DNA of 64,000 nt from Bacteroidota bacterium (GCA_003554865.1 PWHJ01000089.1:12450-76449), one strand, 5' to 3'. Positions 1 to 10,259 are shown, numbered from the stretch's first letter. Made by a program: numbers and translations. Notes: generated by a model from the letters alone, not told the origin.

Positions 1-902
1 ACAAGATCAATAAATATGTCGTTCATTCCCGGTAGCAGTTCGGTAAAAGATGTAATATGATAATGGGGCATTAATATTTTCAGCAGCTCATTGTTAGCTG
101 AAGCTTTATGCATTTTTATCCTGGCCATGCAACCGCCCCCGGTTTCTTTCATATCCATTATTTCGTAGTCACTGCTCAAAAATGAGTCTAACTTTTGAGG
201 GGCACCCTCAAAGTGTATCTCGTATATTCCAGGCTTGAATTTTTGTCTTATTTCATGAACAGCCCCGCTAATTATGCTTTTGGCATTGTCTATCAGAGTA
301 ATATGGTCACACAGCTCTTCTACAGAGCCCATGTTGTGAGTGGAAAAAATAATTGTTGCCCCGCGTTTTTTAAGGTTTATTACTTCATTCTTGAGCAGGT
401 TGGTGTTTATGGGATCAAATCCGCTAAAGGGCTCATCGAAAATAAGTAGCATGGGCTCGTGCAAAACAGTTATGATAAACTGGACTTTTTGCTGCATTCC
501 CTTTGAAAGTTCTTCCACTTTTTTATCCAGCCAGTCATATATCTCAAATTTTTCAAACCAGTATTTAACACGCTTTAAGGTATCAGCTCTGGAAAGACCT
601 TTCAGCCTGCCCATATAAATGGCCTGCTCACCCACTTTCATTTTTTTATAAAGCCCCCTCTCCTCTGGCATATAGCCAATATGTTGAATGTCGCTGCTTT
701 TTAGTTTTCTCCCGTTGAAGAGAAGCTCTCCCGAATCAGGAGCCATTATCTGGTTTATAATTCTGATAAGGGTGGTTTTGCCGGCACCGTTTGGCCCCAG
801 CAATCCATAGATACTGTGTTCGGGAATTGAAACAGTTACATCATTAAGGGCAATGTGGTTTGAGTACTGTTTGGTTACATTCCTGGCTGCAAATAACTCC
901 AT
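1..902 (-). CDS. ABC transporter ATP-binding protein (ABC-2/NatA-like), C-terminus beyond window edge
   Basis: Manual reverse translation from ATG at 902-900: MELFAARNVTKQYSNHIALNDVTVSIPEHSIYGLLGPNGAGKTT (Walker A). Further in: LSKGMQQK signature-like and LLIFDEPFSG (Walker B). The frame stays open to position 3. Confidence 0.85.
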   Translation of the reverse strand, partial: MELFAARNVTKQYSNHIALNDVTVSIPEHSIYGLLGPNGAGKTTLIRIINQIMAPDSGELLFNGRKLKSSDIQHIGYMPEERGLYKKMKVGEQAIYMGRLKGLSRADTLKRVKYWFEKFEIYDWLDKKVEELSKGMQQKVQFIITVLHEPMLLIFDEPFSGFDPINTNLLKNEVINLKKRGATIIFSTHNMGSVEELCDHITLIDNAKSIISGAVHEIRQKFKPGIYEIHFEGAPQKLDSFLSSDYEIMDMKETGGGCMARIKMHKASANNELLKILMPHYHITSFTELLPGMNDIFIDL

Positions 903-1002
903 TATTGTTAATGTTAAGAACAAACTGCAAAAATAGTAAAAAACAAAGTATCTTTTTGTTCAGTAATTATTTTTTGGAGTGTGAGCCCTTGAATTTTTTG
1001 AC

Positions 1003-2148
1003 TTAATGAAAAACGTTTTTCATGCGTTCAAAAAAGGATTTGTCTATTTGTTCCTTGTCTGGTTTGAAGTTTGTCGAATCTTTCAGTTTTTCAAGCATCT
1101 CTTTTTCTTCCCTTGAAAGTTTCCTTGGAATCCATACATTAATGTTTGCCAGCAGGTCGCCTCTTCCATAGCTGTTAAGTTCAGGAAGGCCTTTACCCCT
1201 TAGGCGCAGGATTTTTCCGGGTTGTGTTCCGGGGTCTATTTTAATTTTAACTTTTCCCTCCAGGGTGGGGACTTCCACATGAGAACCCAATGCAGCCTCG
1301 GGAAAGCTGACATAAAGATTGTAAATAAGGTCATTTCCGTCCCGAATAAGTTCGGGATGCTTCTCCTCCTCAATTACAACTATCAGATCGCCATTCATAC
1401 CACCCCTGCGTGCTGCATTTCCTTTACCACTTACCGACATTTGCATGCCTTCGGCAACTCCGGCCGGGATATTAATGGGGATCACCTCGGTGCTTTTTAC
1501 GATTCCCTCTCCGTAACATTCAGTACATTTGCTTGTTATGGTTTTACCTTCGCCGCCGCATGAAGGGCATGTTGAAGTGGTTTGCATCTGCCCCAGGAAG
1601 GTGTTGGCTACCTTTGTCACCTGCCCGCTGCCATGACATGTGGAACAGTTGCTGTAGGCGCTGCCGTCTCTGGCGCCTGTACTTTTACATGCTTTACAGG
1701 AGACATATTTGTTTACCTTTATTTTTTTCTCCACACCTTTGGATATATCATCCAGTGTCAGGCGCACTTTTACACGCAGATTCGCACCCTTGTTAGCACG
1801 CCGGGAACGACCGCCTGTGGAAAAACCTCCAAATCCGCCGAAACCACCGCCAAAAATATCGCCGAATTGGGAAAATATATCTTCCATTGTCATGCCTTCG
1901 CCGCCAAATCCTCTGCCTTCTCCTTTAACACCGGCATGACCATAACGGTCATAACGGGCCCGTTTTTCTTCATCTCCCAAAACCTCGTAGGCTTCGGCAG
2001 CTTCTTTGAACCTCTCTTCTGTTGTCGGATCCCCTGGATTTTTATCTGGGTGGTATTTCAATGCAAGCTTCCTGTAGGCTGCTTTTATCTCACTTTGTGA
2101 GGCGTTGCGGTCTATTCCTAATATTTCGTAATAATCTTTTTTGGCCAT
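1003..2148 (-). CDS. dnaJ: Molecular chaperone DnaJ
   Basis: J domain with HPDKNPGD, a G/F-rich linker, and four CxxCxGxG zinc-finger repeats ([32 protein letters not shown]). Confidence 0.97.
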   Translation of the reverse strand: MAKKDYYEILGIDRNASQSEIKAAYRKLALKYHPDKNPGDPTTEERFKEAAEAYEVLGDEEKRARYDRYGHAGVKGEGRGFGGEGMTMEDIFSQFGDIFGGGFGGFGGFSTGGRSRRANKGANLRVKVRLTLDDISKGVEKKIKVNKYVSCKACKSTGARDGSAYSNCSTCHGSGQVTKVANTFLGQMQTTSTCPSCGGEGKTITSKCTECYGEGIVKSTEVIPINIPAGVAEGMQMSVSGKGNAARRGGMNGDLIVVIEEEKHPELIRDGNDLIYNLYVSFPEAALGSHVEVPTLEGKVKIKIDPGTQPGKILRLRGKGLPELNSYGRGDLLANINVWIPRKLSREEKEMLEKLKDSTNFKPDKEQIDKSFFERMKNVFH

Positions 2149-2184
2149 TTTCTCTTTTTTTTTCGGGTTCTAAAAGATCCCTTA

Positions 2185-2907
2185 TTACTCACCCACTACT
2201 ACTTTGGAGTAACGTATTACATTGTCGTTGAGTGTGTACCCCTTCTGAACCACGTCTACAACTTTTCCCTTTTGCTTTTTTGATTCTACAGGGACTTTTG
2301 TGACAGCTTCATGATAATCGGTGCTGAATTCCTGGTTCATGGCAGGGATCTCTTCCAGCCCTTTTTCTTTTAAAATTGATATCAATTTATTATATATAAG
2401 CTTCACACCCTCTTTAACAGCATCAATATTCTCTGTATTTTCCATAGATTCCAGAGCACGCTCGAAATCATCAATTACCGGCAAAATTGATTTTATAACA
2501 TCTTCACCCGCCGTTTTCTGAAGTTCTGATTTTTCACGGAGGGTTCTTTTGCGGTAATTGTCAAATTCGGCTGACAAACGGACATACTTATTCCACGATT
2601 CTTCAAGCTTGTCCTGAAGGATCTCCATTTCATCCTTCTCTTCGGTGTCAGCCTCCCGGGTTTCCTCATCAGCTGATGCCGGAGCTTCCTCCTCAGCAGG
2701 GGCTTCTTTTTCCTGCTTTTGTTTATCAATTGTTTCTGATGTTTCTTTTTCTCCGGTCGTTTCAGTTTTTTCTTCCGCCTGCTTTTCAGTTACTTTTTCT
2801 TCAGTTTTATTTTTTGTCTTTTCTTCTTTCTCGTTAGATTCTTTTCTTTCTTTTTTATTATCGGCTTTATTATGTCCCTTTTCTTGCTCCTCTCTGTACT
2901 TTTCCAT
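2185..2907 (-). CDS. grpE: Nucleotide exchange factor GrpE with a long Lys/Glu-rich N-terminal extension
   Basis: The C-terminal two-thirds matches GrpE (RLSAEFDNYRKRT, PVIDDFERA). It lies directly upstream of dnaJ on the same strand. Confidence 0.93.
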   Translation of the reverse strand: MEKYREEQEKGHNKADNKKERKESNEKEEKTKNKTEEKVTEKQAEEKTETTGEKETSETIDKQKQEKEAPAEEEAPASADEETREADTEEKDEMEILQDKLEESWNKYVRLSAEFDNYRKRTLREKSELQKTAGEDVIKSILPVIDDFERALESMENTENIDAVKEGVKLIYNKLISILKEKGLEEIPAMNQEFSTDYHEAVTKVPVESKKQKGKVVDVVQKGYTLNDNVIRYSKVVVGE

Positions 2908-3069
2908 ATTTGCAAAATTTTATAATATATATCGTAAAAAATGCGGCGAGCAAAAACTCTGCCAAAACAAAAACAAGCCATATTGGCACTGCAAAGTAAA
3001 TTATAATAAAAAAAATTACAAAAGGTTTCTTATCTTAAGAATTTTACCTTAGCGGAAGTTGCAAAAAAC

Positions 3070-4377
3070 TCAGCTCAATCTTTTTATGTCTGCACCTATT
3101 TTATTGAGTCTTTCATCAATATTTTCATACCCTCTGTCTATCTGATCGATATTGTGAATTATGCTTTTCCCTTTTGCCGAAAGGGCTGCAATAAGGAGTG
3201 CAACACCGGCTCTTATGTCAGGTGACGACATTGTAGTGCCTCTAAGCTTGTATTTTTTGTTTATTCCAATAACAGTTGCCCTGTGGGGATCACAAAGTAT
3301 TATTTGTGCACCCATGTCAATGAGTTTATCAACAAAGAATAGCCTGCTTTCAAACATTTTCTGATGGATCAGAACACTTCCCCTTGCCTGGGTGGCAACT
3401 ACCAGTAGTACACTGAGCAGGTCCGGCGTCAGCCCCGGCCAGATGGCATCTGAGATGGTCATTATGGAACCGTCCATAAATGTTTCGATTTGGTATTTTT
3501 TTTGTTTGGGGATGAATATATCGTCATTCCTGCATTCAAGTTGTATACCCAGTCTTTTGAATGAGAATGGGATCAAACCCAGGTTTTCATATGAAACGTT
3601 TTTTATGGTAATTTCGGATTCTGTCATTGCAGCCAGCCCAATGAAGCTGCCTATTTCTATCATGTCGGGCAAAATGTTGTGTTCTGTGCCCCCCAGGTAT
3701 TCAACTCCCTTTATGGTAAGAAGGTTCGATCCGATACCTGATATATTTGCCCCCATTTTATTGAGCATCTTGCAAAGCTGTTGTATATATGGCTCGCAAG
3801 CTGCATTGTAAATGGTTGTGGTTCCTTCGGCCATTGCTGAAGCCATTATGATATTGGCCGTTCCTGTAACTGAGGCTTCATCCAGATGAATGTAGCTGCC
3901 TTTCAGTCCGTTTGACTTAACAGAATAAAATCTCCCAGTTGTGTCCGTTTTAATTTCTGCGCCTAATTTGGTAAAACCGAAAAAGTGGGTGTCAAGCCTG
4001 CGACGCCCGATTTTATCACCGCCAGGCTTAGGGGTAAACGCTTCTCCGTAACGTGCCAGTAACGGCCCTATTACCATAACCGATCCGCGAAGATCTGAGG
4101 CTTTGCTTTTATATTCGCGGCTTTTCATAAGATTTGTATTCAGCTCGCCAGCCTGAAAGGAGAACTCACCTTTACCTTTTTTAATGAGTTCAACACCCAG
4201 ATACTTTAACAAGTCTATCAACTTGTTTACATCAAGAATGTCGGGGATGTTGGTAATTGTAATTTTTTCCGGTGTAAGCAGTGTAGCGCAAATAATTTGC
4301 AAAGCTTCGTTTTTTGCACCCTGGGGAGTTATTTCTCCTGAGAGAGGGTTTCCGCCCTTTATCTTAAAAGAGGCCAT
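3070..4377 (-). CDS. murA: UDP-N-acetylglucosamine 1-carboxyvinyltransferase
   Basis: 435 aa. N-terminus is MASFKIKGGNPLSGEITPQGAKNEAL. The active-site loop KPGGDKIGRRRLD has Asp where E. coli has Cys115. Confidence 0.96.
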   Translation of the reverse strand: MASFKIKGGNPLSGEITPQGAKNEALQIICATLLTPEKITITNIPDILDVNKLIDLLKYLGVELIKKGKGEFSFQAGELNTNLMKSREYKSKASDLRGSVMVIGPLLARYGEAFTPKPGGDKIGRRRLDTHFFGFTKLGAEIKTDTTGRFYSVKSNGLKGSYIHLDEASVTGTANIIMASAMAEGTTTIYNAACEPYIQQLCKMLNKMGANISGIGSNLLTIKGVEYLGGTEHNILPDMIEIGSFIGLAAMTESEITIKNVSYENLGLIPFSFKRLGIQLECRNDDIFIPKQKKYQIETFMDGSIMTISDAIWPGLTPDLLSVLLVVATQARGSVLIHQKMFESRLFFVDKLIDMGAQIILCDPHRATVIGINKKYKLRGTTMSSPDIRAGVALLIAALSAKGKSIIHNIDQIDRGYENIDERLNKIGADIKRLS

Positions 4378-4431
4378 GGTTGTATGAAAAAATTAATGAG
4401 TTGTTATAGGATAGAGTCAATGCAAGTGAGC

Positions 4432-5034
4432 TTATTTTTTTCGCTGCTCTTTTTTCTTTTTTTTCTTCGAGAGTATTTCCCTTGACTCCGAGAGCTTTAA
4501 ATTGGGATCTACCTTTAGTTTTCCCCCTGACATTTCTTCCAGGTCTTTTAATATAACCTCATCGGTAACCTGTGGTTTATTCCAGGTGAGATAACACTTT
4601 TTCATATGGTTGGCAATCATCTGGATGAAGGCTACTTTTTTTTCCCCTTCCTCCATTTCAATAGCAGTCTTTATCATGTTTTCAATAATTCTCCCATAAT
4701 GTTTGTACTTTATCGGATCATTTTTGTACATAATAATTTTAGGTTTTTCATTTAAAACCTTCGGGGATGGCTTCTCGTAAGGTGAGTCAACATCAAGCCT
4801 GAAATCAGACATTATCGCAAGATGATCCCACAGTTTTTGTTTGTGGTCACGCAAATGAGGATTAAGATTGGCCATTATTGCTATTATGGTGCGGGCAGCC
4901 TTGTTTCGCTCCTCCCTGTTTTCAATTGTACAGGCATGCTCTATCATTTTATGAATGTTTCTCCCGTATTCGGGCATGATCATCTCTTCCCTGGAGGTGT
5001 TGTAATCGTGGTTCATATCAGCAATTTTTTGCAA
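4432..5034 (-). CDS. DUF4290 domain-containing protein
   Basis: N-terminal PEYGRNIHKMIEH motif and a position immediately upstream of murA, as I recall for Bacteroidota DUF4290. It has a poly-Lys C-terminal tail. Confidence 0.7.
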   Translation of the reverse strand: MQKIADMNHDYNTSREEMIMPEYGRNIHKMIEHACTIENREERNKAARTIIAIMANLNPHLRDHKQKLWDHLAIMSDFRLDVDSPYEKPSPKVLNEKPKIIMYKNDPIKYKHYGRIIENMIKTAIEMEEGEKKVAFIQMIANHMKKCYLTWNKPQVTDEVILKDLEEMSGGKLKVDPNLKLSESREILSKKKKKKEQRKK

Positions 5035-5103
5035 AGGTACTATAATTTGGAATATTAGTCAAAAGAGTATTGACCTGGGGGGTGTTGGTATGTACATCAT
5101 ACT

Positions 5104-5134
5104 AAAAACCGCTGTTTTTGAATCCGCGGTTTTT
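5104..5134 (-). terminator. Putative rho-independent terminator downstream of the 5136..5408 ORF
   Basis: AAAAACCGC (5104-5112) pairs with GCGGTTTTT (5126-5134). It starts 2 nt after the stop codon. Confidence 0.4.
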
Positions 5135-5135
5135 A

Positions 5136-5408
5136 CTAATGAGAAGGATAGTCTCTATCACTTTCTTCTTTTTTACCCGGAAATAATTTTCCCAAAATTC
5201 TTCCTGCAAACGAAAAAGTTTGTTTAATTACTGACATTACACGGGTTACCCTGGCAATTGTAGAAGTGAAAGAATATGCTACCTCGGCCGATTTTAGTGT
5301 TATCATTATATCTTTTTCAGCCACGAGCATTTCGTAACGCAGCTTTATCTTTTCCTGTCTTATATCCCCGAGAGTTTTAATTCTCTTAAACCTTTCCCCG
5401 TGTATCAT
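5136..5408 (-). CDS. Hypothetical small protein (predicted helical), last gene of the YtxH/holin-like trio
   Basis: 90-aa ORF on the same strand, 18 nt downstream of the holin-like ORF. No family recognised. Confidence 0.5.
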   Translation of the reverse strand: MIHGERFKRIKTLGDIRQEKIKLRYEMLVAEKDIMITLKSAEVAYSFTSTIARVTRVMSVIKQTFSFAGRILGKLFPGKKEESDRDYPSH

Positions 5409-5425
5409 TTTATTTGTTTTATAAA

Positions 5426-5782
5426 TTATAAATCTTCTTCAAAAAAGGTTTTTTTAAGGGAATTGATAATGAATCGGCTGAAAATCTTTCTTTTCAGAGC
5501 TGCAAGAACAATCCCCACCAGAAGAAAAAAACCGCCTACGATTAAAAGCCCCAGTTCTATGCTTTCTATTATTCTGCCAATATAAACTGCTCCCGCCAAA
5601 GCAATAATTATCAATGCAATGACGAAAGCAGAAATAATGAAAATACTTGAATAAAGACTGGTCAGCACCTTTACAACCTTCTCAAAAGTTGTGAGGGTGT
5701 AGTAGGCTGATTTTGCTTCCACATAATTTTTTATACTCTCCCAAAGTCCGGAAAAACTGTCGGTTAACGATTTTTGATCCAT
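5426..5782 (-). CDS. Phage holin family (Holin-X/DUF1469-like) two-TM membrane protein
   Basis: 118 aa. An amphipathic N-terminus is followed by two long hydrophobic helices (IFIISAFVIALIIIALAGAVYIG and LGLLIVGGFFLLVGIVLAAL). Confidence 0.6.
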   Translation of the reverse strand: MDQKSLTDSFSGLWESIKNYVEAKSAYYTLTTFEKVVKVLTSLYSSIFIISAFVIALIIIALAGAVYIGRIIESIELGLLIVGGFFLLVGIVLAALKRKIFSRFIINSLKKTFFEEDL

Positions 5783-5841
5783 TTAAAGGGTAATTTGTTT
5801 ATGCGGGATTACTGTTTGCCTGTTTTAATCTCGGTGGAGAA

Positions 5842-6063
5842 TCACTGACCTTTTGGTTTTTTTTCGGATCCCATGTACCCTTTCAGATCGTCAATTTTTT
5901 CCTGGACTTTCTTAATGGCATCATCCGAATAATCTTTTGCCTTTTTTTCAATGTTCTGACGGGTTTCAGCTCCGCTTCGAGGTGCAAACAACAGTCCTAC
6001 AGTTAGCCCTGCAGCTGCTCCAAGTAAAAATCCTGCAATAACTTTTCCTGATGAATTACTCAT
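5842..6063 (-). CDS. YtxH domain-containing protein
   Basis: 73 aa. Carries the YtxH signature GFLLGAAAGLTVGLLFAPRSGAETRQ followed by a charged helix. Confidence 0.8.
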   Translation of the reverse strand: MSNSSGKVIAGFLLGAAAGLTVGLLFAPRSGAETRQNIEKKAKDYSDDAIKKVQEKIDDLKGYMGSEKKPKGQ

Positions 6064-6316
6064 AGCGTTTAGTTTTAAATGTTTTTAAATAGATGCAGCT
6101 ATTTCTCTAATACAAACTTAAGAATTAAATATCTTAAATCAAAAAAAATTAATTATCAATTGTTTCCCTTTGTGAAACTGATTTTTCGCAGGTAACTGGT
6201 GAATGACCGCATGGGGAAAATTTCAGAGGATCAATAAGTTCCTGAAATTCTTGAACCACAAAGATTATAAGAGAGTCTGACAAGGAGTAGATGTTTTTTT
6301 TTATTGCCAGGTTGGT

Positions 6317-6324
6317 TATATTTG
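6317..6324 (+). promoter_or_regulatory. Candidate Bacteroidota -7 box TATATTTG
   Basis: Matches the TAnnTTTG consensus. It lies about 160 nt upstream of the 6485 start, which implies a long leader. Confidence 0.3.
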
Positions 6325-6484
6325 CCAAATTAATTTAAGTAATTGACAGTTGGACGGTTAACCGGGGAGAGAGATTTTTTGGAGTATAATAAAAGCGCTT
6401 ATTATAAACCGAAACCGGTTGTAGATAAATAGTAGTCTGTTTTTCAAAGAGTATTGTTATAATTATTTCATAAATGCCGATATT

Positions 6485-7612
6485 ATGGTTGAATTTGTAA
6501 TAAACCCCCTAAAGAACAAACCGGTAGAGAATTTTCGTGAAGTGGCTGAGTCACTAAAGAATTCGAAAGCACCTGAATATCATAAAACTATAAAAGGGTA
6601 TGAACCCACCCCGCTTGTTTCATTGCCTGCACTTGCAGAAGAATTGAACCTTGAGGCTGTGCATGTAAAGGACGAGTCACAACGTTTCGGTCTGAATGCT
6701 TTCAAGGCTTTGGGGGCCTCATATGCTGTGTTCAGATATTTGCAGGATAATCCCGGGGAATATGTGTTTAGTGCTGCAACTGACGGGAATCATGGAAGGG
6801 CTTTGGCCTGGGCTTCCCGTTTGTTCGGACAGCTTACAAGAATTTTTGTTCCCGAATATACAACATCTCAAAGGATTAAAAGCATCAGGAAAGAAGGTGC
6901 CGTGGTTCACAAGATTAAAGGCGGTTATGACCTGGCTGTGGAAACAGCAAAGAAAGAGAGTATTAAAAACGATTGGGTTTTAATACAAGATACTTCATGG
7001 GAAAATTACAGCAAAATTCCTTCATGGGTTATAGCCGGATACCAGACCCTGTGCAGTGAAGTTGATAACCAGACAGAACCTGTTTCAGGCTCAGGTGAGC
7101 TTCCATATTACGATCTTGTTTTACTTCAATGCGGAGTTGGAAGTTATGCAAGCAGTGTAATATGGTATTACCTTCAAAATTACGGTGACAAATCTCCTGA
7201 CTTTGTTTTGGTAGAACCTGCCGCATCTTGCGGAGTGTTACGCTCGATTTTAAATGGCAGGCTCAGTTCCCCGGGATCTTCCGGAAAAACAATAATGGCC
7301 GGACTGAACTGCGGTAAGCCTTCATTGATTTCATGGCCTCTGTTGCGAAATAATGCCGATGGAGCTATGGTAGTTTATGATGAAGATACAAAGCAGGCCA
7401 TGCGCAAATTTTATTATCCAACAAATGGTGACCCGAAGATTGTCTCCGGCGAGTCAGGAGCTGCCGGCATGGCCGGCCTGCTTAAGCTTGCACGTGACCC
7501 CGCTTTTTCAGTTTTAAAGGAAAAACTGCAGATTGGCTCCCAAACAAAAGTACTTTTAATAAATACCGAAGGGGATACTGACAGAAGAAGCTTCAGGAAA
7601 ATAGTTAAGTAA
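6485..7612 (+). CDS. dpaL: Diaminopropionate ammonia-lyase (PLP-dependent)
   Basis: VKDESQRFGLNAFKALGASYAV contains the PLP lysine. ATDGNHGRALAWA, GESGAAG and NTEGDTD are colinear with E. coli YgeX/DpaL as I remember it. Confidence 0.85.
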   Translation: MVEFVINPLKNKPVENFREVAESLKNSKAPEYHKTIKGYEPTPLVSLPALAEELNLEAVHVKDESQRFGLNAFKALGASYAVFRYLQDNPGEYVFSAATDGNHGRALAWASRLFGQLTRIFVPEYTTSQRIKSIRKEGAVVHKIKGGYDLAVETAKKESIKNDWVLIQDTSWENYSKIPSWVIAGYQTLCSEVDNQTEPVSGSGELPYYDLVLLQCGVGSYASSVIWYYLQNYGDKSPDFVLVEPAASCGVLRSILNGRLSSPGSSGKTIMAGLNCGKPSLISWPLLRNNADGAMVVYDEDTKQAMRKFYYPTNGDPKIVSGESGAAGMAGLLKLARDPAFSVLKEKLQIGSQTKVLLINTEGDTDRRSFRKIVK

Positions 7613-7707
7613 AAAAAAATTATTGTACAGTTATTCTCAACCCTGATTAAAAGGTTGCACTATAAGTAATTAATCCTGAGTCTTGTTTAAATTCCAATTA
7701 TCCCTTT

Positions 7708-10020
7708 TTAATCAATTACTTTAAGTTTGGCAAACTTTAGAAGCAGTTGTTTTTGTCCTGCCGACTGAAAGAAAACAACTGCTTTTGTATTGGGTGGCTC
7801 ACCATTAACCTGAAGCACTTTCCCTTTTCCAAATCGCTGATGTTCTACAGTCATTCCTGCAGAGAGCTTTTCTCCCAGATAGTTTTCGGTGTCATTCTGC
7901 GAGTTATTCTCTTTGCTTTTTTCGAGCCTGACAAGTTTTTTCCCTGATGCAGAACCTGCAGTAGTTAATGTATCTGTATTCCTGCCGGGGGAGTTCGCGG
8001 AAGAAAAATTTTTACTTGACTTTTCTCTTCCGGGTGATTTGCCAATGTGTCCGATTTCAGAAAAGTCAAGGTACTTATTATCAATTTCATTTATGAAACG
8101 GCTTGGTTTGCAATATACCGGAGATCCCCAGCGGTATCGCGATTGTGCAAAGGAGAGTTTTACTTTTCTTTGAGCTCTTGTTATTGCCACATAAAAGAGG
8201 CGGCGCTCCTCTTCTATCTCCTGCATCGTTGAACAGGAAAATCTGCTTGGGAAAAGCTCTTCTTCCATCCCTGCTACAAAAACATATTTGAATTCCAAAC
8301 CTTTTGCAGAATGAACGGTCATAATTGTAACTTTGTTTTTGTCTTCCGGCTTTTCCTTGTCAGTGTCTGTTAAAAGTGATACATTTTCAAGAAATGCAGG
8401 CAGATTTGTGTTGCCTCCTTTCTCAATCTGACTTGCGGTAAATTCTCTTATCCCGTTTAACAGCTCCTGAATATTTTCATACTTGGTGATATTCTCCGGT
8501 GATCCTGGTTTGAACAAATCCTGCAGAATACCTGATTTAGATGCAATATCCATTGCTTTTTCATGGGCATTTTCAGTTTGGATATCTTTTGCAAAGTCTT
8601 TTATCATTCCTGCAAAGCTTTCCAGCTTTTTTATAATTCCCCTGTTGAGGCCAAGATTATTTTCATGGTTGCTTATTTCACTTACAATTTCCCAGAGATT
8701 ATATCCTGATTCAATGGCATAATTGTTTAATTTTTCAAGGGTGGTTTTACCTATTCCTCTTGCAGGGTAATTTACAACCCTGAGGAAAGCCTCACTATCA
8801 AGCTGGTTAACCGAGAGACGAAAGTATGCAAGCAAATCTTTTATTTCTTTTCTCTGGTAAAACGAAAGACTTCCGTAGACTTTATAGGGAATGTTTTGCT
8901 TACGAAGGGATTCCTCAAATATTCTGGATTGGGCATTGGTGCGGTATAATATGGCAAAATCTTTATAATCGGCCTCTTCGGTAATAATTGTCTTGCGTAT
9001 TGATTCGGCAAGCAGTATTCCTTCTTCTGTGTCGGTTGAAGTTTTAAATACCTTTATTTTATCTCCCGTTTCATTGTCAGACCAAATCTGTTTTGACAAC
9101 TGGCTGCGGTTTTTCTCGATCAGGCTGTTGGCGGCGTTTACAATGGTTTTTGTTGAACGGTAATTTTGTTCCAGTTTGAAAATCTTGTGATCGGGGTAAT
9201 CTTTTTTGAAATTTAGCATATTTTCTATACGTGCTCCCCGGAAGGCATAAATGCTTTGGGCATCGTCACCGACTGCGCATATGTTGCGGTGAATTCCTGC
9301 CAGTTTTGAAACTATAAGGTATTGAGCAAAATTGGTATCCTGAAACTCGTCAACCAGTATATAACGGAATCTCTCCTGGTACTTTTTGAGAACTTGGGGA
9401 AAATCACGCATTAATATATTTGTGTTAAGCAGCAGGTCATCAAAATCCATTGCATCTGACTGAAAGCATCTTTTTGCATAGATGCTGAATATATCTCCAA
9501 TCTGAGGCTTTTTTGATCTTTTGTCTCTTTCAATAAATTGTGAATTGGATTGATAGGCGGCGGCGGTTATAAGGTTATTCTTGGCCGAGGAGATCCGGCC
9601 AAGCACTTCTGCCGGCTTGTACAATTGGTCGTCAAGCGATAACTCCCCAATAATCTTTTTAATTGCTTTTTTTGAGTCTACAGTATCATAAATGGTGAAA
9701 TTTGAGGTGTACCCGAGCAGTGAAGCTTCGGCTCTCAATATTCTGGCAAAGACGGAGTGAAAAGTTCCTATCCAGAGGGGGCGGACTACCTCCTGGCCCA
9801 AAAGTCCTGCCACCCGGTCCTTCATTTCTCCCGCGGTCTTGTTTGTGAATGTCAGGGCCATAACTGAGCTTGCAGGGACACCTTTTTGCAGGAGGGAGGC
9901 TATACGGCAGGTCAGCACCCTGGTTTTTCCTGATCCGGCACCGGCTATTATAAGATGTGCACCTTCATGATCTGTTGCTGCCTCTTTTTGTACGTTATTG
10001 AGATTTTCCAGAAAATTCAC
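7708..10020 (-). CDS. ATP-dependent DNA helicase, UvrD/PcrA/Rep family
   Basis: 770 aa. Walker A AGAGSGKTRVL, motif II LVDEFQDTN, motifs YRS and VHSAKGLEF, and a C-terminal Tudor-like tail (HQRFGKGKV). Confidence 0.95.
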   Translation of the reverse strand: MNFLENLNNVQKEAATDHEGAHLIIAGAGSGKTRVLTCRIASLLQKGVPASSVMALTFTNKTAGEMKDRVAGLLGQEVVRPLWIGTFHSVFARILRAEASLLGYTSNFTIYDTVDSKKAIKKIIGELSLDDQLYKPAEVLGRISSAKNNLITAAAYQSNSQFIERDKRSKKPQIGDIFSIYAKRCFQSDAMDFDDLLLNTNILMRDFPQVLKKYQERFRYILVDEFQDTNFAQYLIVSKLAGIHRNICAVGDDAQSIYAFRGARIENMLNFKKDYPDHKIFKLEQNYRSTKTIVNAANSLIEKNRSQLSKQIWSDNETGDKIKVFKTSTDTEEGILLAESIRKTIITEEADYKDFAILYRTNAQSRIFEESLRKQNIPYKVYGSLSFYQRKEIKDLLAYFRLSVNQLDSEAFLRVVNYPARGIGKTTLEKLNNYAIESGYNLWEIVSEISNHENNLGLNRGIIKKLESFAGMIKDFAKDIQTENAHEKAMDIASKSGILQDLFKPGSPENITKYENIQELLNGIREFTASQIEKGGNTNLPAFLENVSLLTDTDKEKPEDKNKVTIMTVHSAKGLEFKYVFVAGMEEELFPSRFSCSTMQEIEEERRLFYVAITRAQRKVKLSFAQSRYRWGSPVYCKPSRFINEIDNKYLDFSEIGHIGKSPGREKSSKNFSSANSPGRNTDTLTTAGSASGKKLVRLEKSKENNSQNDTENYLGEKLSAGMTVEHQRFGKGKVLQVNGEPPNTKAVVFFQSAGQKQLLLKFAKLKVID

Positions 10021-10259
10021 TATACCAGTTTTATAAAGTTTTTTTGGGTTTTTTGATAATTGTATGCAAGTTGCACCGTAAAATTACTTTCATATTTCCT
10101 GGGGTCAAATCTTAATCCCGATATTTTATAAACATTTTATGTGTATAAATTGTAATTGTCAATTTTATCAAACCGATAATTTAATGTATATTTTCAAAAC
10201 AATTAGGTATTTGATCACGTATCAGTATTGTTGTGTTTTCTTTTAATACCGGCTGCTGT

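Noticed and set aside
2600-2907. Repetitive GAA/AAG-rich DNA here and at 32640-33043. I considered it as a tandem repeat or CRISPR-like array.
   Set aside because: There is no unit repeat with spacers. The tracts lie in frame inside grpE and rplQ and encode charged low-complexity tails.
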